A stretch of 64,000 nucleotides of DNA from Eledone cirrhosa. Taxonomy: Eukaryota. The stretch spans positions 7,998,001 through 8,062,000 of the forward strand of contig OZ024758.1 of the NCBI GenBank assembly GCA_964016885.1. The letters are read 5' to 3'. The notes under the pieces were generated by a model. The model was not told the DNA's origin. It saw nothing but the letters and a program-made list of their open reading frames with translations, and did not search any database. Made by a program: the position numbers and the translations under genes. Positions 25,816 through 40,469 of this stretch are shown here, piece by piece. Positions within the stretch are counted from its first letter, which is position 1, and every line of letters starts with the position of its first letter.

Positions 25816-26154
25816 ATATATATATATATATATCATCATCATCATCATCATTTTATGTCTGCTTTTCCCTGCTTGCAAAGGTGGGACGGGAACTGATTGT
25901 GGCTTGATTTCTACAGCTGGATGCCCTTCCTAACACCAACCTCATTTACAGTGAGTGCTGGGTCCTTTTTTGCCGTGGCACCTCCACGACCACTTTGCAG
26001 TGGAATGATAGGGACCCCAGTCCCTATCATCTCATTTCTACAGCTGAGTAAACTGGAGCAATGTGAAATAAAGTGTCTTGCTCAAGGAAACAACACATCA
26101 CCTGGTCTGAGAATTGAATTCACAACCTTTCGATTGCAAGGCCAATACTCTAAC

Positions 26155-26209
<55 letters not shown>

Positions 26210-27142
26210 CATACAAGTATGTTATATTAAAATATATATTCAGTGTATGTTGTTAGTATGATTTAGTGAAATATAATAGCCACTTTAACCTTTTAAATAC
26301 CCTGCAAAAAATGGCTCTGGTTCTATGAAACAAAATCCTCCATTTTAAATGGTGTCTATTTAAAATTACCATATGTCAGTTACTGTACTCCCAACACTAC
26401 TCTCATAAAACAAAAGCCCAATATTGCTAACATACATATACTCTATATATTTGAATATAAGCTGATCTGAATATAAACCAACCACCCTACGTTATGTCTA
26501 AGGAATGGGTAAACATCCAAACCCCATTTATAAGGTCAGGTAGCTAATCAACACATTGTTTAGATTGTGAATATAAGCCGGCTTTCCCCATTTTACCTGG
26601 GGGGGGGGGGGTCATATATTCCTCAGTTTATATTCAAGTATATATGGTAAATTTTCCAACTTCATTTTATGTAACAATCATATGTTACGTTACTATCTTA
26701 CTAATGAAATAATTAACAATTTTAATAAATCCCTTCCAAATTCTTCATTAATTAAATGAGAGTGTATTTCATTAGAAATATGGTCATGGAAGAGTTAAAA
26801 CAATGTTCTCATTCCATTGAATGTTATATAAACGTGTTAGACAATACTATTGTGAAATAAATTGAAAATGCAATGTTTTCTATGATCTATTAATTAAAAA
26901 TAATAACAAAGAATGAAACATTTGCTAAATGTTAGATAAATCTTCCACAAACACCTTCACTACATACAGTTCTGTGTTAGGATCCTTCTCATGGAGGCTT
27001 CATTGATCACCTCTCTTGCATCACTATATTAATTTATTTTGATGTGAAGAAAAATATACTTTTATTGTTTTGTCATTGTTTAGTGTTGTTGAATATTGAG
27101 AAATACATTAGATGATTTAGAGCACTGCACATACCTTCATGT

Positions 27143-27572
27143 GGAGGCATGTGGCCTTGTGGTAAGGCTGTTGAACTTAATCATAATGTCATGGGTTTAA
27201 TTCCTGGACTGGGTTCTGTGTTGAGTTCTTGAGCAAAACACTTCATTTCATGTTGCTCCAGTATACTCAACTGAAAATGAAAATCAGTACCTGCAATAGC
27301 TAGGGTTTTAACCCTGTGATGGACTGGCATCCTGCCCAGGGGGAAGTCTTGTACTTTCAGTCACATTACACTGCAGAATAAGCACCGACCTAATGAGCCT
27401 CTGGGTTTGAGATAGACTTTAGGCATTTTTAATAGAACCAACAGCTGGGGGTTAACCCTGCAATGGACTGGTGTCCTGTCCAGGAGGGAGTCTTGTTCTC
27501 TCAATTGCTTAATGCCACAGAAACTGGAATAAGTACCATCCTGATGAGCCTCTAGGCTTGAGTCAGACTTTA
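27143..27572 (+). mobile_element. tRNA-headed SINE with duplicated 3' half; second copy at about 11415-11880 (-)
   Basis: Head ggcatgtggccttgtggtaag. Block aaccctg(t/c)(g/a)atggactgg..tcctg.ccagg plus tail present twice in each copy. Confidence 0.75.
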
Positions 27573-28337
27573 AACATACCTTCATGCAGTGTGTAATGCT
27601 GTAAAAGTATGTTTCATTCAAGTTTACTGACCAAGTGTTTAGTTATGACGGTTGTAGCTGTACTTCAAAGATGTTTATTTTCTCTTCTATTTCCTATATC
27701 TTCTGTGTGTTTTATAAGAGATATTAATATCTGATATTCTCTATAAAGTGACAGTTTAGGTGCCACAATAAAAAGAACCCAGTTCACACTGTAAAGTGAC
27801 AGTTTAGGTGCCACAATAAAAAGAACCCAGTTCACACTGTAAAGTGGTCATTTCAGTGCCACAATAAAAAAGCACCCAGTTCACACTGTAAAGTGGTCAT
27901 TTCAGTGTCACTATAAAAAGCACCCAGTTCACACTGTAAAGTGGTCATTTCAGTGTCACTATAAAAAGCACCCAGTTCACACTGTAAAGTGGTCATTTCA
28001 GTATCACTATAAAAAGCACCCAGTTCACACTATAATGTGGTTGCTGTTAGGAAGGGCATCCAGCCATAGAAACCAAGCCAATATACTGATCTGTATGGGC
28101 AAAGACATGGTCTCATAATGCAACAATATGTCTAACCTATACAAACATGGAAAATGGATGTTAAATAATGATGATGATGATTTTCTGTCTAGTATTTTAT
28201 TATTTTTTGTTTGTAAATGTGTGTATGATAGATTTACTTTGGTTTTTGATGGCTGACTTTTTGAAGAAAAAAAAATGTTTATCCAAGATATTTGCTTCTT
28301 GTTGGAAACTGGCTATTTGAGATTACTCTTTTGACAT

Positions 28338-29130
28338 GTGTGGTTTGGTCAGGTCTGGTCAGGTTTAGTGTGGTCTGGCTGGTTTAGTGTGGTCTGGTCA
28401 GGTGTGGTTAGGTCTGGTATAGTGTGGTGTGGTTTGGTTTGGTCTGGTGTAGTGTGATGTGGTGTGGTCTGATGTAATCTGGTCTGGTGGAGCTGTTGGT
28501 GGTTAACCATAACTCAGTCCTGATTCAACAGACATGTGGTGCGGTGTAGTGTAATCTGCTCTGGTGTAGTGTTTTAACAACAGTAGTCCCCCTAAATGTT
28601 AGAAATTATTTGAAATATGGGAATTATCCATTTTGTTATTTCTGGTTATATTTTTCATCAAACCAAGGAATGACTAATGATAAAAAATGCTTCTTGTTCA
28701 CTGAACGATACTAATTAATCAAACTAATTAATCAAACTCAATTTAGTCAAAATTCATTTCAATTAAGGCATCTTTCAAATCTATTGAAAAGGCACAATTT
28801 TTCAAACATAAAAAACTATGTGCATGATACATTGAATGGTGGTTAAATTATGTATAAATAAAACAGAAAATTATTTAATTTTAATGGAAATAGTCAATGA
28901 ATCAGTCTGAAAGTTGATGTTTGTTGCTTGAAAACTGTTCAGTATTTGGTGTGAGATATTATCTTGTTTAGTGACCTCTCAATTTTGACCTCAGATGGTT
29001 CACACAGATAAGTGTTTCTAAACATTGTTGTCAGCTGTGGTGTGGTGTAGAATGGTCTGGTGTGGTATGGTGTGATATGGTCTGGTATGGTGTGGTGTGG
29101 TCTGGTATGGTCTGGTGTGGTATGGTGTGA
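28338..29130. repeat. Two GTGTG/GTCTG pentamer tracts (28338-28570 and 29035-29130)
   Basis: Directly visible. Confidence 0.8.
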
Positions 29131-30837
29131 TGCTTTTGCCATATTATTCACTGGGCATGGCTGCAATCTACCACTCAGCTGATAATGTAAATTTTGCCCT
29201 CCCCAGCTTACCTCTTCCTTTTTTATTATGATGGATTGGTAGAGCATCGGACAACATGCTTTTCGGCAGAGAGTTAATTTTGAGTTTAAATACTGCTATG
29301 GTTAGCTTTGCCTTTCATCCATGCGTGTCAATAAAATAAAGTACCAGTAACACACTGGTATCAATTTAAACCGGCTGTATCCGGCCAGAATTCTCTCACC
29401 TCTTTCTGTTAAACTGGCCATAACCGGCTGCTCATACTTATATTAAGATACTGTTCTTAAAATAAATAATTTCAAAAACTCATAGATTCAATATTATGTG
29501 AGGTAAAGCCTTTACCATGAAAATATTATAATAAATATAGAGTAATGTAAATGTTAAAGGGTTAATTGACTTTCCCTTCTCCAAAAGATTGTATGCCTTG
29601 TGACATATTTCTTTATCTCTTCTTTTTCTCACGTTTCCTGTTTGATATATTGTTTTAAATACTTTCATTACTGTATACTTCTTTTCACTGATAATTATTT
29701 GCTATGATAAGAGGACAAGTTCATTAAATGTTTCCTTAACAAGTCTGATATGATCAAGAAAATTTGGGAGGCTATGACATCATCTATCTGATAGTCATTC
29801 CCAGCATTCTCCAGTTAATAAAATTGTTGCTACAGATCCCCTTATCATCACTAATGTCTTTAACCCTTTTGTTACCATATTTCTAATGAAATACACTGTT
29901 TTTCAATTGATTAATGAAGAATTTGGAAGGTTTACTAAAAGTATTATTATTTCATGTTTAAGATAAGTATAGATTTTTATATAGAATTAAGTTAGAAGGT
30001 TTTGACATTTTAAGAAGCCTTTAAAATATGCAGTTTTATTTCATAGAACCAGAGCTAGTATTGGCCATGCCATGCTTATGTCCATCTATAGCTTCTAATA
30101 TAAGGTACTCTACTAATATATTGTTTAAATTAATATTTCTCTCATCATCAACACCCACTTTATTCAGCATTGCTGGGTCGTGGCTTTTGTAAATTGATAT
30201 GTTCTCCCCAGGTCTCCCTTTCTAAAGAATCTTCCTGTGTCCTTTCTTCATAGATATTCTTATATATGTTATTGTTCAAATGTTTACTGAGACCTTATAT
30301 GTTGTTGTTCCAATGTTTTCTGGAGCCTTCCTTAAGGTCTTCTGCTATTTATATGCATCTTCCATGTTTACTTGAAACGGTTGTTTTCAACCTGACAACA
30401 TGCCCCCAAACCAACTTAATTCTGCTACTTGAAAATTCTTTACTATAAACAGTTTTGTATCAGAATATTAAGCAGTTTCAGGTGTCTTTCCATCCAAAGT
30501 GTTAAAAATTTAGTGGCCTTTATACATTTTTTTAATTATTATTATTGCTCATTAAACATGTAAACCTTTCTTTCAACTTCATTGAGAGGATATAAACTTT
30601 ATATTCTCATGTAATCTAGTTTTTATTCTATAGAGCTATTTGGTCGCCTTAGATGCCCTAACCCTGACCCTAAACCTAAACTTGATTCTAACCCTGACCC
30701 TCACCCAAACCTTAATTAAAAATATTAACCTTTTTGTGACTTTATTTCTAACAATAATTTATTCTGCCTGTTTGTTTTAATTATCAAAATAATCTAGATT
30801 TATGGGAAGTTTAGTGAAATAACTAACTTTCAACTTA

Positions 30838-31453
30838 ATCATCATCACCATCATCACCATTGTCATCATCAACATCACCATCATCATCACCATCATCACC
30901 ATTGTCATCATCATTATCACCATCATCATCATCATCACCACCATCACCGACATCATCGTCACCATCACCACCTTCATCACCATCATCACTACCATCATCA
31001 TCACCACCATCATCATCACCATCATCATCATAACCACCACCATCACCACCATCATCATTACCACCATCATCATCATTACCACCATCATCATCATCACCAT
31101 CACCATCATCACCACCACCATCACCACCACCACCACCACCACCACCACCACCACCATCACCCCCATCACCACCACCACCACCATCACCACCATCATCATC
31201 ACCACCATCATCATCACCATCACCATCATCACCATCACCCCCATCACCATCATCACCATCACCCCCATCACCATCATCACCATCACCCCCATCATCACCA
31301 CCACCATCATCACCACCACCACCATCATCACCATCACCATCATCACCACCACGATCATCACCATCATCACCACCATCACCACCACCACCACCATCATCAC
31401 CACCACCACCATCACCACCACCACCACCCCCATCATCACCATCATCATCATCA
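30838..31453. repeat. (CAT/CAC)n compound trinucleotide tract, about 615 bp
   Basis: Directly visible; produces the spurious M/V-rich ORF. Confidence 0.95.
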
Positions 31454-31687
31454 ATTTAATTATTCTAAACTGTAAGAAAGAAACTAATGGTACTTCTTAT
31501 CACCAGAGTGTCTTCAGTGTCGTCTCCCGCCATATTCTATGATTAGCTATAGGTAGATTGAGACATTTCTGATTGACAATTGATTTTATTGAGATTAATG
31601 ACTGACGTATCAAGCTGATACATTTTATACATACAAATGTTTGTTTTATTTGCTTCTTATTGTTGCTATTTCTTCTGATTCTGTTAG

Positions 31688-31768
31688 GGTCTGGATGAAG
31701 TGCAGACTTATGATCTCTTTTGTTCATTCCTCACACATGGATACCATAATTCCGAAAAGAATTTGAAG
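31688..31768 (+). CDS. NUP188: NUP188-like exon (GLDEVQTYDLFCSFLTHGYHNSEKNLK)
   Basis: Boundaries ctgttag| and |gtaaga, 81 nt, phase 0-0. Similar to recalled GLDEEQSVQLLQCYLQEDYRGTRDSVK. Confidence 0.88.
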
Positions 31769-31821
31769 GTAAGAAATAAAATATTTCAAATCTAATTTAT
31801 TTATGTTGTAGTTGCTTTATA

Positions 31822-31857
<36 letters not shown>

Positions 31858-31899
31858 TGTATGTATGTATGTATGTATGTGTGTATATATATATATATA

Positions 31900-31944
<45 letters not shown>

Positions 31945-32049
31945 GTATATGTATATATGTATATGTATATATGTATATATATGTATATGTATATATGTAT
32001 ATATATGTATATATATATATATGTATATATGTATACATATGTTTATATA

Positions 32050-32114
<65 letters not shown>

Positions 32115-32499
32115 GAAAATAAAAAAAAAAGTGATAAACTCTTTACAGCTTTATTTTCATCACATCATTCTTTGAAGAGGAAGAAAAAAACTGATCATAT
32201 TTATTTTTATGTGTTTACATGATTTTTGCAGGAATTCCTCCCCTCAATTCTTTATCTTTCTGAAGCTGGAAGCATTTTCAAATTGCTGGAAGCCAACTAA
32301 ATGCATGTACATATATGTGAATGAATTTCTTCATCTCCATACTTCCTTAACTGCCTTTCGCTCAATATATATATATGTGTGTGTGTGTGCGTGTGTGTAT
32401 ATATATATGTGTGTGTGTATATGTATATATATATATATCGTCCAGACCCATGCTAGTGTGGAAAATGGACGTTAAACGATGATGATGATGATGATGATG

Positions 32500-32541
<42 letters not shown>

Positions 32542-33174
32542 ATATATATATGTGTATGTGTATGTATATATATGTGTGTGTATGTATATGTGTGTGTGTG
32601 TATATATGTGTATATATATGTGTGTGTGTGTGTGTGTATGTATATGCGTGTGTGTATATATGTGTGTGTGTGTATATATGTGTGTGTGTGTGTGTGTGTA
32701 TATATATGTACATGTATGTGTATATATATATGCATACATGTGTGAATATGTTCACATATTATTGAATGGAATAACCAATGTATTGACTCTCAGTCAATAC
32801 TCTAGTTATTTAGAAGAAAAAAGAAAAGAAAATGGTAATTATCTCCTACATCAACTAGAAGGCAGAGAATGCTAATCCTTCAAGAGCTGCTGGTTAGCTT
32901 TTGGTGGTGCTGATTTCTCAGTAGACTTGCTTTCCATATCTAAAATCAATGCAATTGAGAAACAGAAATTCTAACTGCTATCTCTTCTTTTTTCTCCCAG
33001 AACAACCGATAGGAAATCATTTTTCCAAAGTAATGCTTCAAAATCTAACATGATGATAAATTTCATTACTGACTGTTTACAGTTTGAGTAGTAACTGTCA
33101 GCTAAATAAACCATGTTAGATTTCGGAAATATATCGTTAAAACTTTCAGAAGAAAAATAAATTCTTTATATATA

Positions 33175-33207
<33 letters not shown>

Positions 33208-33261
33208 TTTTTTATAATTAAATTGCTGTATGAAATGGTTTCAACTATATATATATATTTA

Positions 33262-33396
<135 letters not shown>

Positions 33397-33686
33397 GTGT
33401 GTATATATATATATAGATTATATATATATAATATAATATATATAAATATATATAATATAATATATATATATATATGTATATATATAAATATAATATAATA
33501 TATATGATGATGATGATATATATATAAATATATAATATATATGATGATGATATATATATAAATATAATATATATATATATAAATATAATATAATATATAT
33601 ATATGATGATGATGATGATATATAGATTATAAATATATATAATATATATATATAAATATAATATATATATATTATATATATATATA

Positions 33687-33896
33687 TATTTAATTATAAA
33701 GTGAACAACACAATATATAACTAATCCATTACCAACGGTTTCAGGACCCTAGATATGTCTAGTTTGCTCATCAGGGGTTAACTGATAACCCCTTTGTCTG
33801 ATGAGCGAAGTAGACATATGTTAATATTGTCTAGGGTCCTGAAACTGTTGGTAATAGAGTAGCTATATATTGTGTTGTTCACTTTATAATTAAATA
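33687..33896. mobile_element. Fold-back element with degenerate CTGATGA..GAAAC cores, between (TA)n tracts
   Basis: Imperfect arms of about 100 bp (tttaattataaagtgaacaacacaatatata / tatatattgtgttgttcactttataattaaa), centre GGGGTTA actga TAACCCC. Confidence 0.7.
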
Positions 33897-33940
33897 GCTC
33901 TGTTTTATACATAGAGCACTCTTTTTTTCTTTGTAAATAC

Positions 33941-33993
<53 letters not shown>

Positions 33994-34351
33994 CCGAAAC
34001 AAATGAGATCGTGTAGGTGTCACGACAAAAAACACACAGTCCACGCTGTAATGTGGCTGTGTAGGCAACACGGTAAAAACCTCCCAGCCCCACACTGTAA
34101 ATGTGGTTGGTGTTAGGAAGGGCATCCAGCTGTAGAAAACCCGCCAGACAGTCCACGCTGTAAATGTGGCCGTGTAGGCAACACGGTAAAAACCTCCCAG
34201 CCCCACACTGTAAATGTGGTTGGTGTTAGGAAGGGCATCCAACTGTAGAAAACCCGCCAGACAGTCCTATGCGAGCAAGACAACCACTCTTGCCTCAAGT
34301 GGGAAAACCCCCGTCCAAACCCATGCAAGCGTGGAACACGGACGCTAAACC

Positions 34352-34382
<31 letters not shown>

Positions 34383-35049
34383 GGTATTAATTTAACAATG
34401 AAAACAATAACAACAAAGTCGTAGACCACATAGGAAAAAGAAAAAAATATATATATAGTTGAAACTATTTTATACAGCAGCTAAATAATATGGTGTATGA
34501 TAGTTCCAGAGGGAGAGTTGTGCATGTCATCTACAATTTATCTTAATTACAATATTTCAATGTTTTCTATTTGGAGATTTTACAAAAATAATAAATCAAA
34601 ACAACAACAACAACAAAATCCTAGAGAAACAAAACAATGCCAGGCATGCAACTGGTGGGTGTGCCTCTTATTCCTTACAATAACTTTACTGTATCTTAAA
34701 TCAATCAAAATTGTTAACATTTTCTACTTTTATTTTTGTCCCTGTATTATTAAGATCAAAATCTTCTTCAATTCATTACAATTCTTTGTAGAAATACTTA
34801 TTGTCGAGGCTCAATAAACAGGGCAACTGACATGCATGTGCACACACACATGTATACTGGGCTTCTTTACAGTTTCATCTACCATATTCACTTCCAAGAC
34901 ATTGGTTAGTTCAAGCCTATAGTAGAAAGTACTACTTGCTTAAGGTGACAGGCAGTGGGATTAAACCTGAATCTAAAGATGTTTCTGAAACAAACTTCTT
35001 AATCACGCAGCCATGTGCCCAACCATTCAGTTATCATGTTTATCATATA

Positions 35050-35080
<31 letters not shown>

Positions 35081-36077
35081 CTACATTTTCGGGTGGTGAC
35101 TTGGCAGTATCATTAGAGTGTCAGGCAACATGCTTTGCGATATAAAGTTACGGCCCTTTATGTTCTTAGTTCAAATTCTACCGAGGTTAGCTTTACCTTT
35201 CATCCTTATGGGGTTGATAAAATAAAGTACCAGCCACGCACTGGGGGTCGATTTAATCGATTCTCCCCCCCCCCCCAAAAAAAAATTGCTGGCCTTGTGC
35301 CTAAATAAGAAGCCATTATTATACAACATTTTTATTGCCAAACAATAGAACTATTAACATATGTTCTGCCAAAATTCCATACTGGACAAATTCATAACAG
35401 CTACAGCTGACTAAACTGACAGACATTCCAATTTACACATCAGCAATTCCTGTTTTGAATTTATGTTCTTGATAAGCTGACCTTTTATGAAAACACATTC
35501 TGAGGATTATGATTACATATTTTATAATATCGTAGAACTTTCATTCACCCGTGAAGAATATACTGACAAACAATCATTGGTTGGTTTAGCTTTTCAGTAG
35601 AAAAACAATTTCTATCTCTAGTGTGTATAAATCTTGCAAAAATAACCATTGAAGAGAAATATATTAATTTCCTTTGATGCCTAAACCATAATTCATATTG
35701 ACAAGACATGAGGTTGAGATGAAGAGGGTGGAGGTATCCACTACTGTTACTATGTTTGTAAATAGCTTGCAGTTGATATTGCCTTAACATATGACTAATA
35801 ACAACTAGAATACATTGTTTTATTGGGAAAACAGGATTTTGCTTCCTATATAACAGCCACTACCTTTTTGTTTGATAATTAACATTGTTTATTTCAAGGT
35901 GTTTAGTTGGATAACTGTTTTATAAATGCTGTCCTTTACTATATACATCACCTTGACCACATTGACCATCCAGACTCTCAAATGTTTCTTTGAATCCACT
36001 GGTCAATCCACTGTTCTTGATCTCACCTTCCCTGTCCATTGTGGTCCAATTATTCTCTTTATATGGTCAACTAAAAT

Positions 36078-36127
36078 ATTCTATATATGAGTATAGTTGT
36101 ACCTACAACTATACTCATATATAGAAT
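36078..36127. repeat. Perfect 24-bp inverted repeat with 2-nt spacer
   Basis: attctatatatgagtatagttgta-cc-tacaactatactcatatatagaat. Confidence 0.9.
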
Positions 36128-38244
36128 CTTTTTTCCTTCCTGTTTTTACTCAATATTTGATACCAGACTGCTTCAAACCATCCATGGTTCTATGATACAA
36201 AACTTTGTTTCAAAATGTTTAGATTTATCTAAAAATTTGTCATCATAATTTTATGTAAGAACCTGTGTTAAATTGTGAGCCACACACCAGCTCAATAATG
36301 GTGTCTGGTTCAGGCACAAGGCCAGCAATTTTGTGGTGAGGGGGAAAGTCAATTGAATCGACTCCAGTACATTACTGGTACTTTATTTTTCCGACCCGGT
36401 AAGGATGAAAGGCAAAGCTAACCTCGGCGGTGTTTACATTCAGAATGTAAAGGGATGTAAATCTATGCCATAAAGCATATTGTCTGATACTCTACTGATG
36501 CTGCCAATTCACTGCCCTTTTAATAATAATAATTGTTTCTACTTTTGGCACAAGGCCAGCAATTACCCAGTGCATGACGGGTACTTTATTTTATCGACCC
36601 CGTAAGGATGAAAGGCAAAGTTAACTTCAGTGGGATTAGAACTCAGATGGTATAGGGACGTAACTCTGTGTTGGAAATCATGGCGTTCGACTCTTTACCG
36701 ATACTGCCAATCCACCAGAAAGTTAGTTATCTTTACTTTTCAGCTGACCCGCATATAGAGCAGCCAATCTCCCTCAAATTACACTCAACCATCTTAAAAT
36801 GTACAGGTAATTTAGTCGTGCATTAGATGCATTAAGCCTTAAAAAGAGATGAGAGGGTCAGTAAAAGGCATGAAATACATTTTTCTAATATATATGACAA
36901 GACAGCAGTTAAGTTCCAATAAATTGGTAATGTGATATGAAAAAAAAAATGGAGTAATATTCAGATGGTTGAAAAATGTCTGTATATAGAGAGGCTTTAA
37001 AATAAGAAAAACACCTTAATGCATGACAGATCATATGCAGTTATCATCTAGCAATTCATCTTTCTAGTGAATAGTTATATTTCTAAGATAGAAAAAAAAA
37101 ATAGATACAGTTAATAGAATGAAATAGAGGAAACACACACTTTACAGCCTTGTTCCTTCAGAATGAAATGAAGATAGAAACCAATTACTGTAGACTAAAT
37201 TTCCATATTGCGTTTTCATCTGGAAATTAGAAAGTTCAAAGGCTTAAAGGAGGAGTAGAAAAGTTTCTGTCATGAATTTACTCAATAAAACTTAATGATG
37301 AGAATAGATCTTACTGCAATGCATTAGGGTAGCTAAAGGTTTTGAGGGTATATATGCAGTTGTATGTGAATCAATGAAATCAACAATAATCCAATGAAAA
37401 TTGTCAGATGATGCTGAGTGGATTCCATAAAATGATGCTTCTAGCTTTATTTTTTCAGCTTGCAAAAATGATTTTAGCATACCAAATGATCCATACAATC
37501 TCTTTGAAACCTTCAATTATTTCTTAATAGAAGTTTATAATTTATCATCTTCATATGGCCATTACTGAGAGAATAACTATTTGGGATACAGAAGCACATT
37601 TCTGCTTGCATGCTAGAAAATGCACTAATTTTAAGCTGCCTGAACCAGCAACAACAATAAATGGGAGGATGTTCAAAGTTTTAACTCTTTCAATACCATA
37701 TTTTCTAATGAAATATCTTGCACACAATTTTCAAATAATTTTGAAAAATAATCAAGTATTTAGTAACATAACTTTTTTTATTATTTATATGATGTTTGGA
37801 ACACAACAAAGGTTCTTACATAAAGGTTTTTAAATAAATATAAACATTTAAAAATAATCTGATTTATGTGGTAGAACTAGGGGTGGTTTAAAAGGGGTTA
37901 AAAGAAGCCACAAGTAGTTCGTTTTTTTTTATTCTGCCATTTCAATCATTATGTAGCATTATATATTTGATATTATAGCATCTATTAATGATACACAAGC
38001 TTAAAGCAAAGAGAGCCAATTTTATTTCATAGATGGTTCTGGAAGATTTATACAATACTCTGATGAATCATCTGAGAAATGAAAGAAAAATAGTTCAAGC
38101 ATTTGTTACCTCAGGTTTTTTAATGGATTTGTTGAAAAGTGGCAGAACAATTCAGTGTTTTGGCTTTCCCACACTCCCTACTCCATCCTCCTACTTCCAC
38201 CCACACCACCCTTTCTCTGTAAAGTTATGTTGGTACCACAGAAT

Positions 38245-38618
38245 ATCCAGTCCACACTGTAAAGTAGTTGTGTAGGTGTCACAACAAAGAGCACCCAGCC
38301 TACACTGTAAAGTGGTTGTGTAGGTGTCACAACAAAGAGCACCCAGCCTACACTGTAAAGTGGTTGTGTAGGTGTCACAACAAAAAGCACCCAGCCTACA
38401 CTGTAAAGTGGTTGTGTAGGAGACACTGTAAAAAGGCTCTCAGTCCACACTGTAAATGTGGTTGGTATTAGGAAGGGTATCCAGCCGTAGAAAACCAGCC
38501 AGAAACAGTTCTATACGAGCGAGACATGGTCACCCGACTAATCTTCCCTCAAGTGGGACACAACCATCCAACCCATGCTAGCATGGAAGATGGATGTTAA
38601 ACGATGATGATGATGATG
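38245..38618 (+). mobile_element. (GAT)n-tailed SINE-like repeat with tandem modules of about 45 bp; relatives near 2757-2912(-), 12885-13165, 22497-22672(-), 27740-28180, 34010-34380, 40950-41140, 41150-41755(-), 44760-45075, 57235-57755(-), 58000-58345, 60115-60237
   Basis: Shared ttaggaagggcatccagc(c/t)gtagaaa core, cccatgctagcatggaa..ggacgttaaacgatgatg tail and repeated cacactgtaaagtggt modules. Confidence 0.8.
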
Positions 38619-40195
38619 AATATCTGCTACAGTGCAGCAATATTAAGTAGAAAAATTAGTTCAAATGGATTCAACAAACCCATAGCATTACTTATTATTG
38701 ATGACTCTTCAACATTTTCATGGCTCTCTTTCAGTTTTATTGATCTTCTATATAAAAGATATTGTACAAGAAAAATGATGGGAGAGATAAAGTGGTTGGC
38801 ATTAAGAAGGGTATCTTGTTGTAGAAAACTTGTCAATCAAAGTGTGAACAAGGCTCTTCAATTGTGTCAAGAACATGACAACTTTCTTGACATTGGTGCC
38901 ATGATACTCTCACACAACACTTTGCTAGTAGGGAAAACGAATATTAAATGTTGATAATAATAATGATGATGATGATATCTGCCAAATTTCCAAATTTCTC
39001 TTAGAAATATCAATGATATTCTTGATGCCCAAGAAAATAGATTTTGTTGTTTATGATGACAGAGAAATTAAATAGAATATGGAAATGACATGTATGTAAG
39101 CTTAACTCATTAAATTATTAACATAATTTACTAATGAAATGTGTTGGTGTGTCAGGGAGTAACATTTGTTACCCCACTCCATTCTAAAAGAAAAGAAAAA
39201 AAAACAGATTTTCTCCAGATCTAGAGGCAGACAGATCAGGAAAAAAATTAATTACAAATATTGTTTAATACTTTAACCTTTGTAGAATCAAGATCATAAT
39301 TTATTTTTTAAGATAGGATAACTTTTTTATTTGTTGTTGCTGTTTTCCTTCTCTTAAGACAGAGATAGTGAAGAAAAGCAACCATTTGGAAAAGAACTGT
39401 TTAACTTCTCATATAAAACATTATGTTCTATCTTTTTCAATGGCATTATTTTTGTATTTGGTTGGTTATCTAATGTTTGTTGTTGTTTCTTCGAAAATAA
39501 CCATTGAATAGGATAGAGTTTATATCACTATAATAACTTTTTGACAGTCAACAACAACAACAACAAGATTATTTTTCAAAGGAAAGTGAAATATCTCTTC
39601 AAATCTAGATTGTTCCTCATATAGAAGTTCTGTTTAAAGTATAAAAATTGATCAAATTAGGATACAACTATGAAAAGAATTTAACAATTTCTTTAGATTA
39701 TATTTTTGAACATTTTAAAATCAGTTTTTACTCAAGAATAATAAATAATTTGTGAATTATTAATTCTGCAGCAATCGTCAATTTTTGCTTTATATTGCTC
39801 AATAATAAATATTGTTGTCACAGCGAATGGACGTTTTTAAATTAAATTTCCTTCAAAATATTGCCATCTTTATTAATTAAATTTAGAGGTTATTATATGA
39901 ATTGTACTGAAAATTTACATATCTGATATGTTTTCATTTGTCAGAAAAAGTCAGTTTAAATTCAATCTTAAATTGAGACTATTAATTTAATATTCTCAGT
40001 TTACTGGCATTGATATTTTTACTGTTCTTGACATTTAAATTCTGTACTTTTTGTTGTATTTATTGGATTTATTGTCATCTTTACTGTTTTAATATTTTTT
40101 TCAATAAATTTCCTTTATATTTAAATTTTTATCTTGATTTCTTAAATTAAATTTACAGTGTAAATTTATTTATCCTATTTCTGGATACTTTGCAG

Positions 40196-40336
40196 CAAAT
40201 TTTAAACAATGAACAACACACTAAAGGTCTTATGTTGAAGTTACAAGATTACTATTTTAGTGAGCGTCTTTATCTGCTGGGTTGCCTCAAATACATAATC
40301 AGTAACGGTCAAGAAATCAGCACTCATCCTTACCAG
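40196..40336 (+). CDS. NUP188: NUP188-like exon (QILNNEQHTKGLMLKLQDYYFSERLYLLGCLKYIISNGQEISTHPYQ)
   Basis: Boundaries tttgcag| and |gtaagt, 141 nt, phase 0-0, inside ORF 40190-40492. Carries the DYY..ER..L..L and HPY motifs. Confidence 0.92.
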
Positions 40337-40469
40337 GTAAGTCTCTTACTACATCTCAATATTATACATAAGCTCTGTAAAAACTATATACTTTCTCTTA
40401 TTTGCAATGATATCCTAATCTATTGCCATCTCTACTATGATTACTTACAACATTACCATATTTATTTGA

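Noticed and set aside
27541-27571. CTGATGA-GCC tcta GGC-TTGAG motif (also at 27390, 11470 and 11630) as a hammerhead
   Set aside because: GAAA and a properly placed NUH site are missing in all four copies; better explained as the SINE 3' tail stem-loop.
30656-30715. Telomere-like CCCTAA/CCCTGA units
   Set aside because: Too short and degenerate to call an interstitial telomere or assign to an element.
30777-31454. 225-aa M/V-rich ORF, or a poly-His frame on the + strand
   Set aside because: Pure (CAT/CAC)n tract in an intron with no splice or domain support.
38061-38090. CTGATGA..GAAA near 38.06 kb
   Set aside because: No convincing helix I, II or III; expected by chance in AT-rich DNA.
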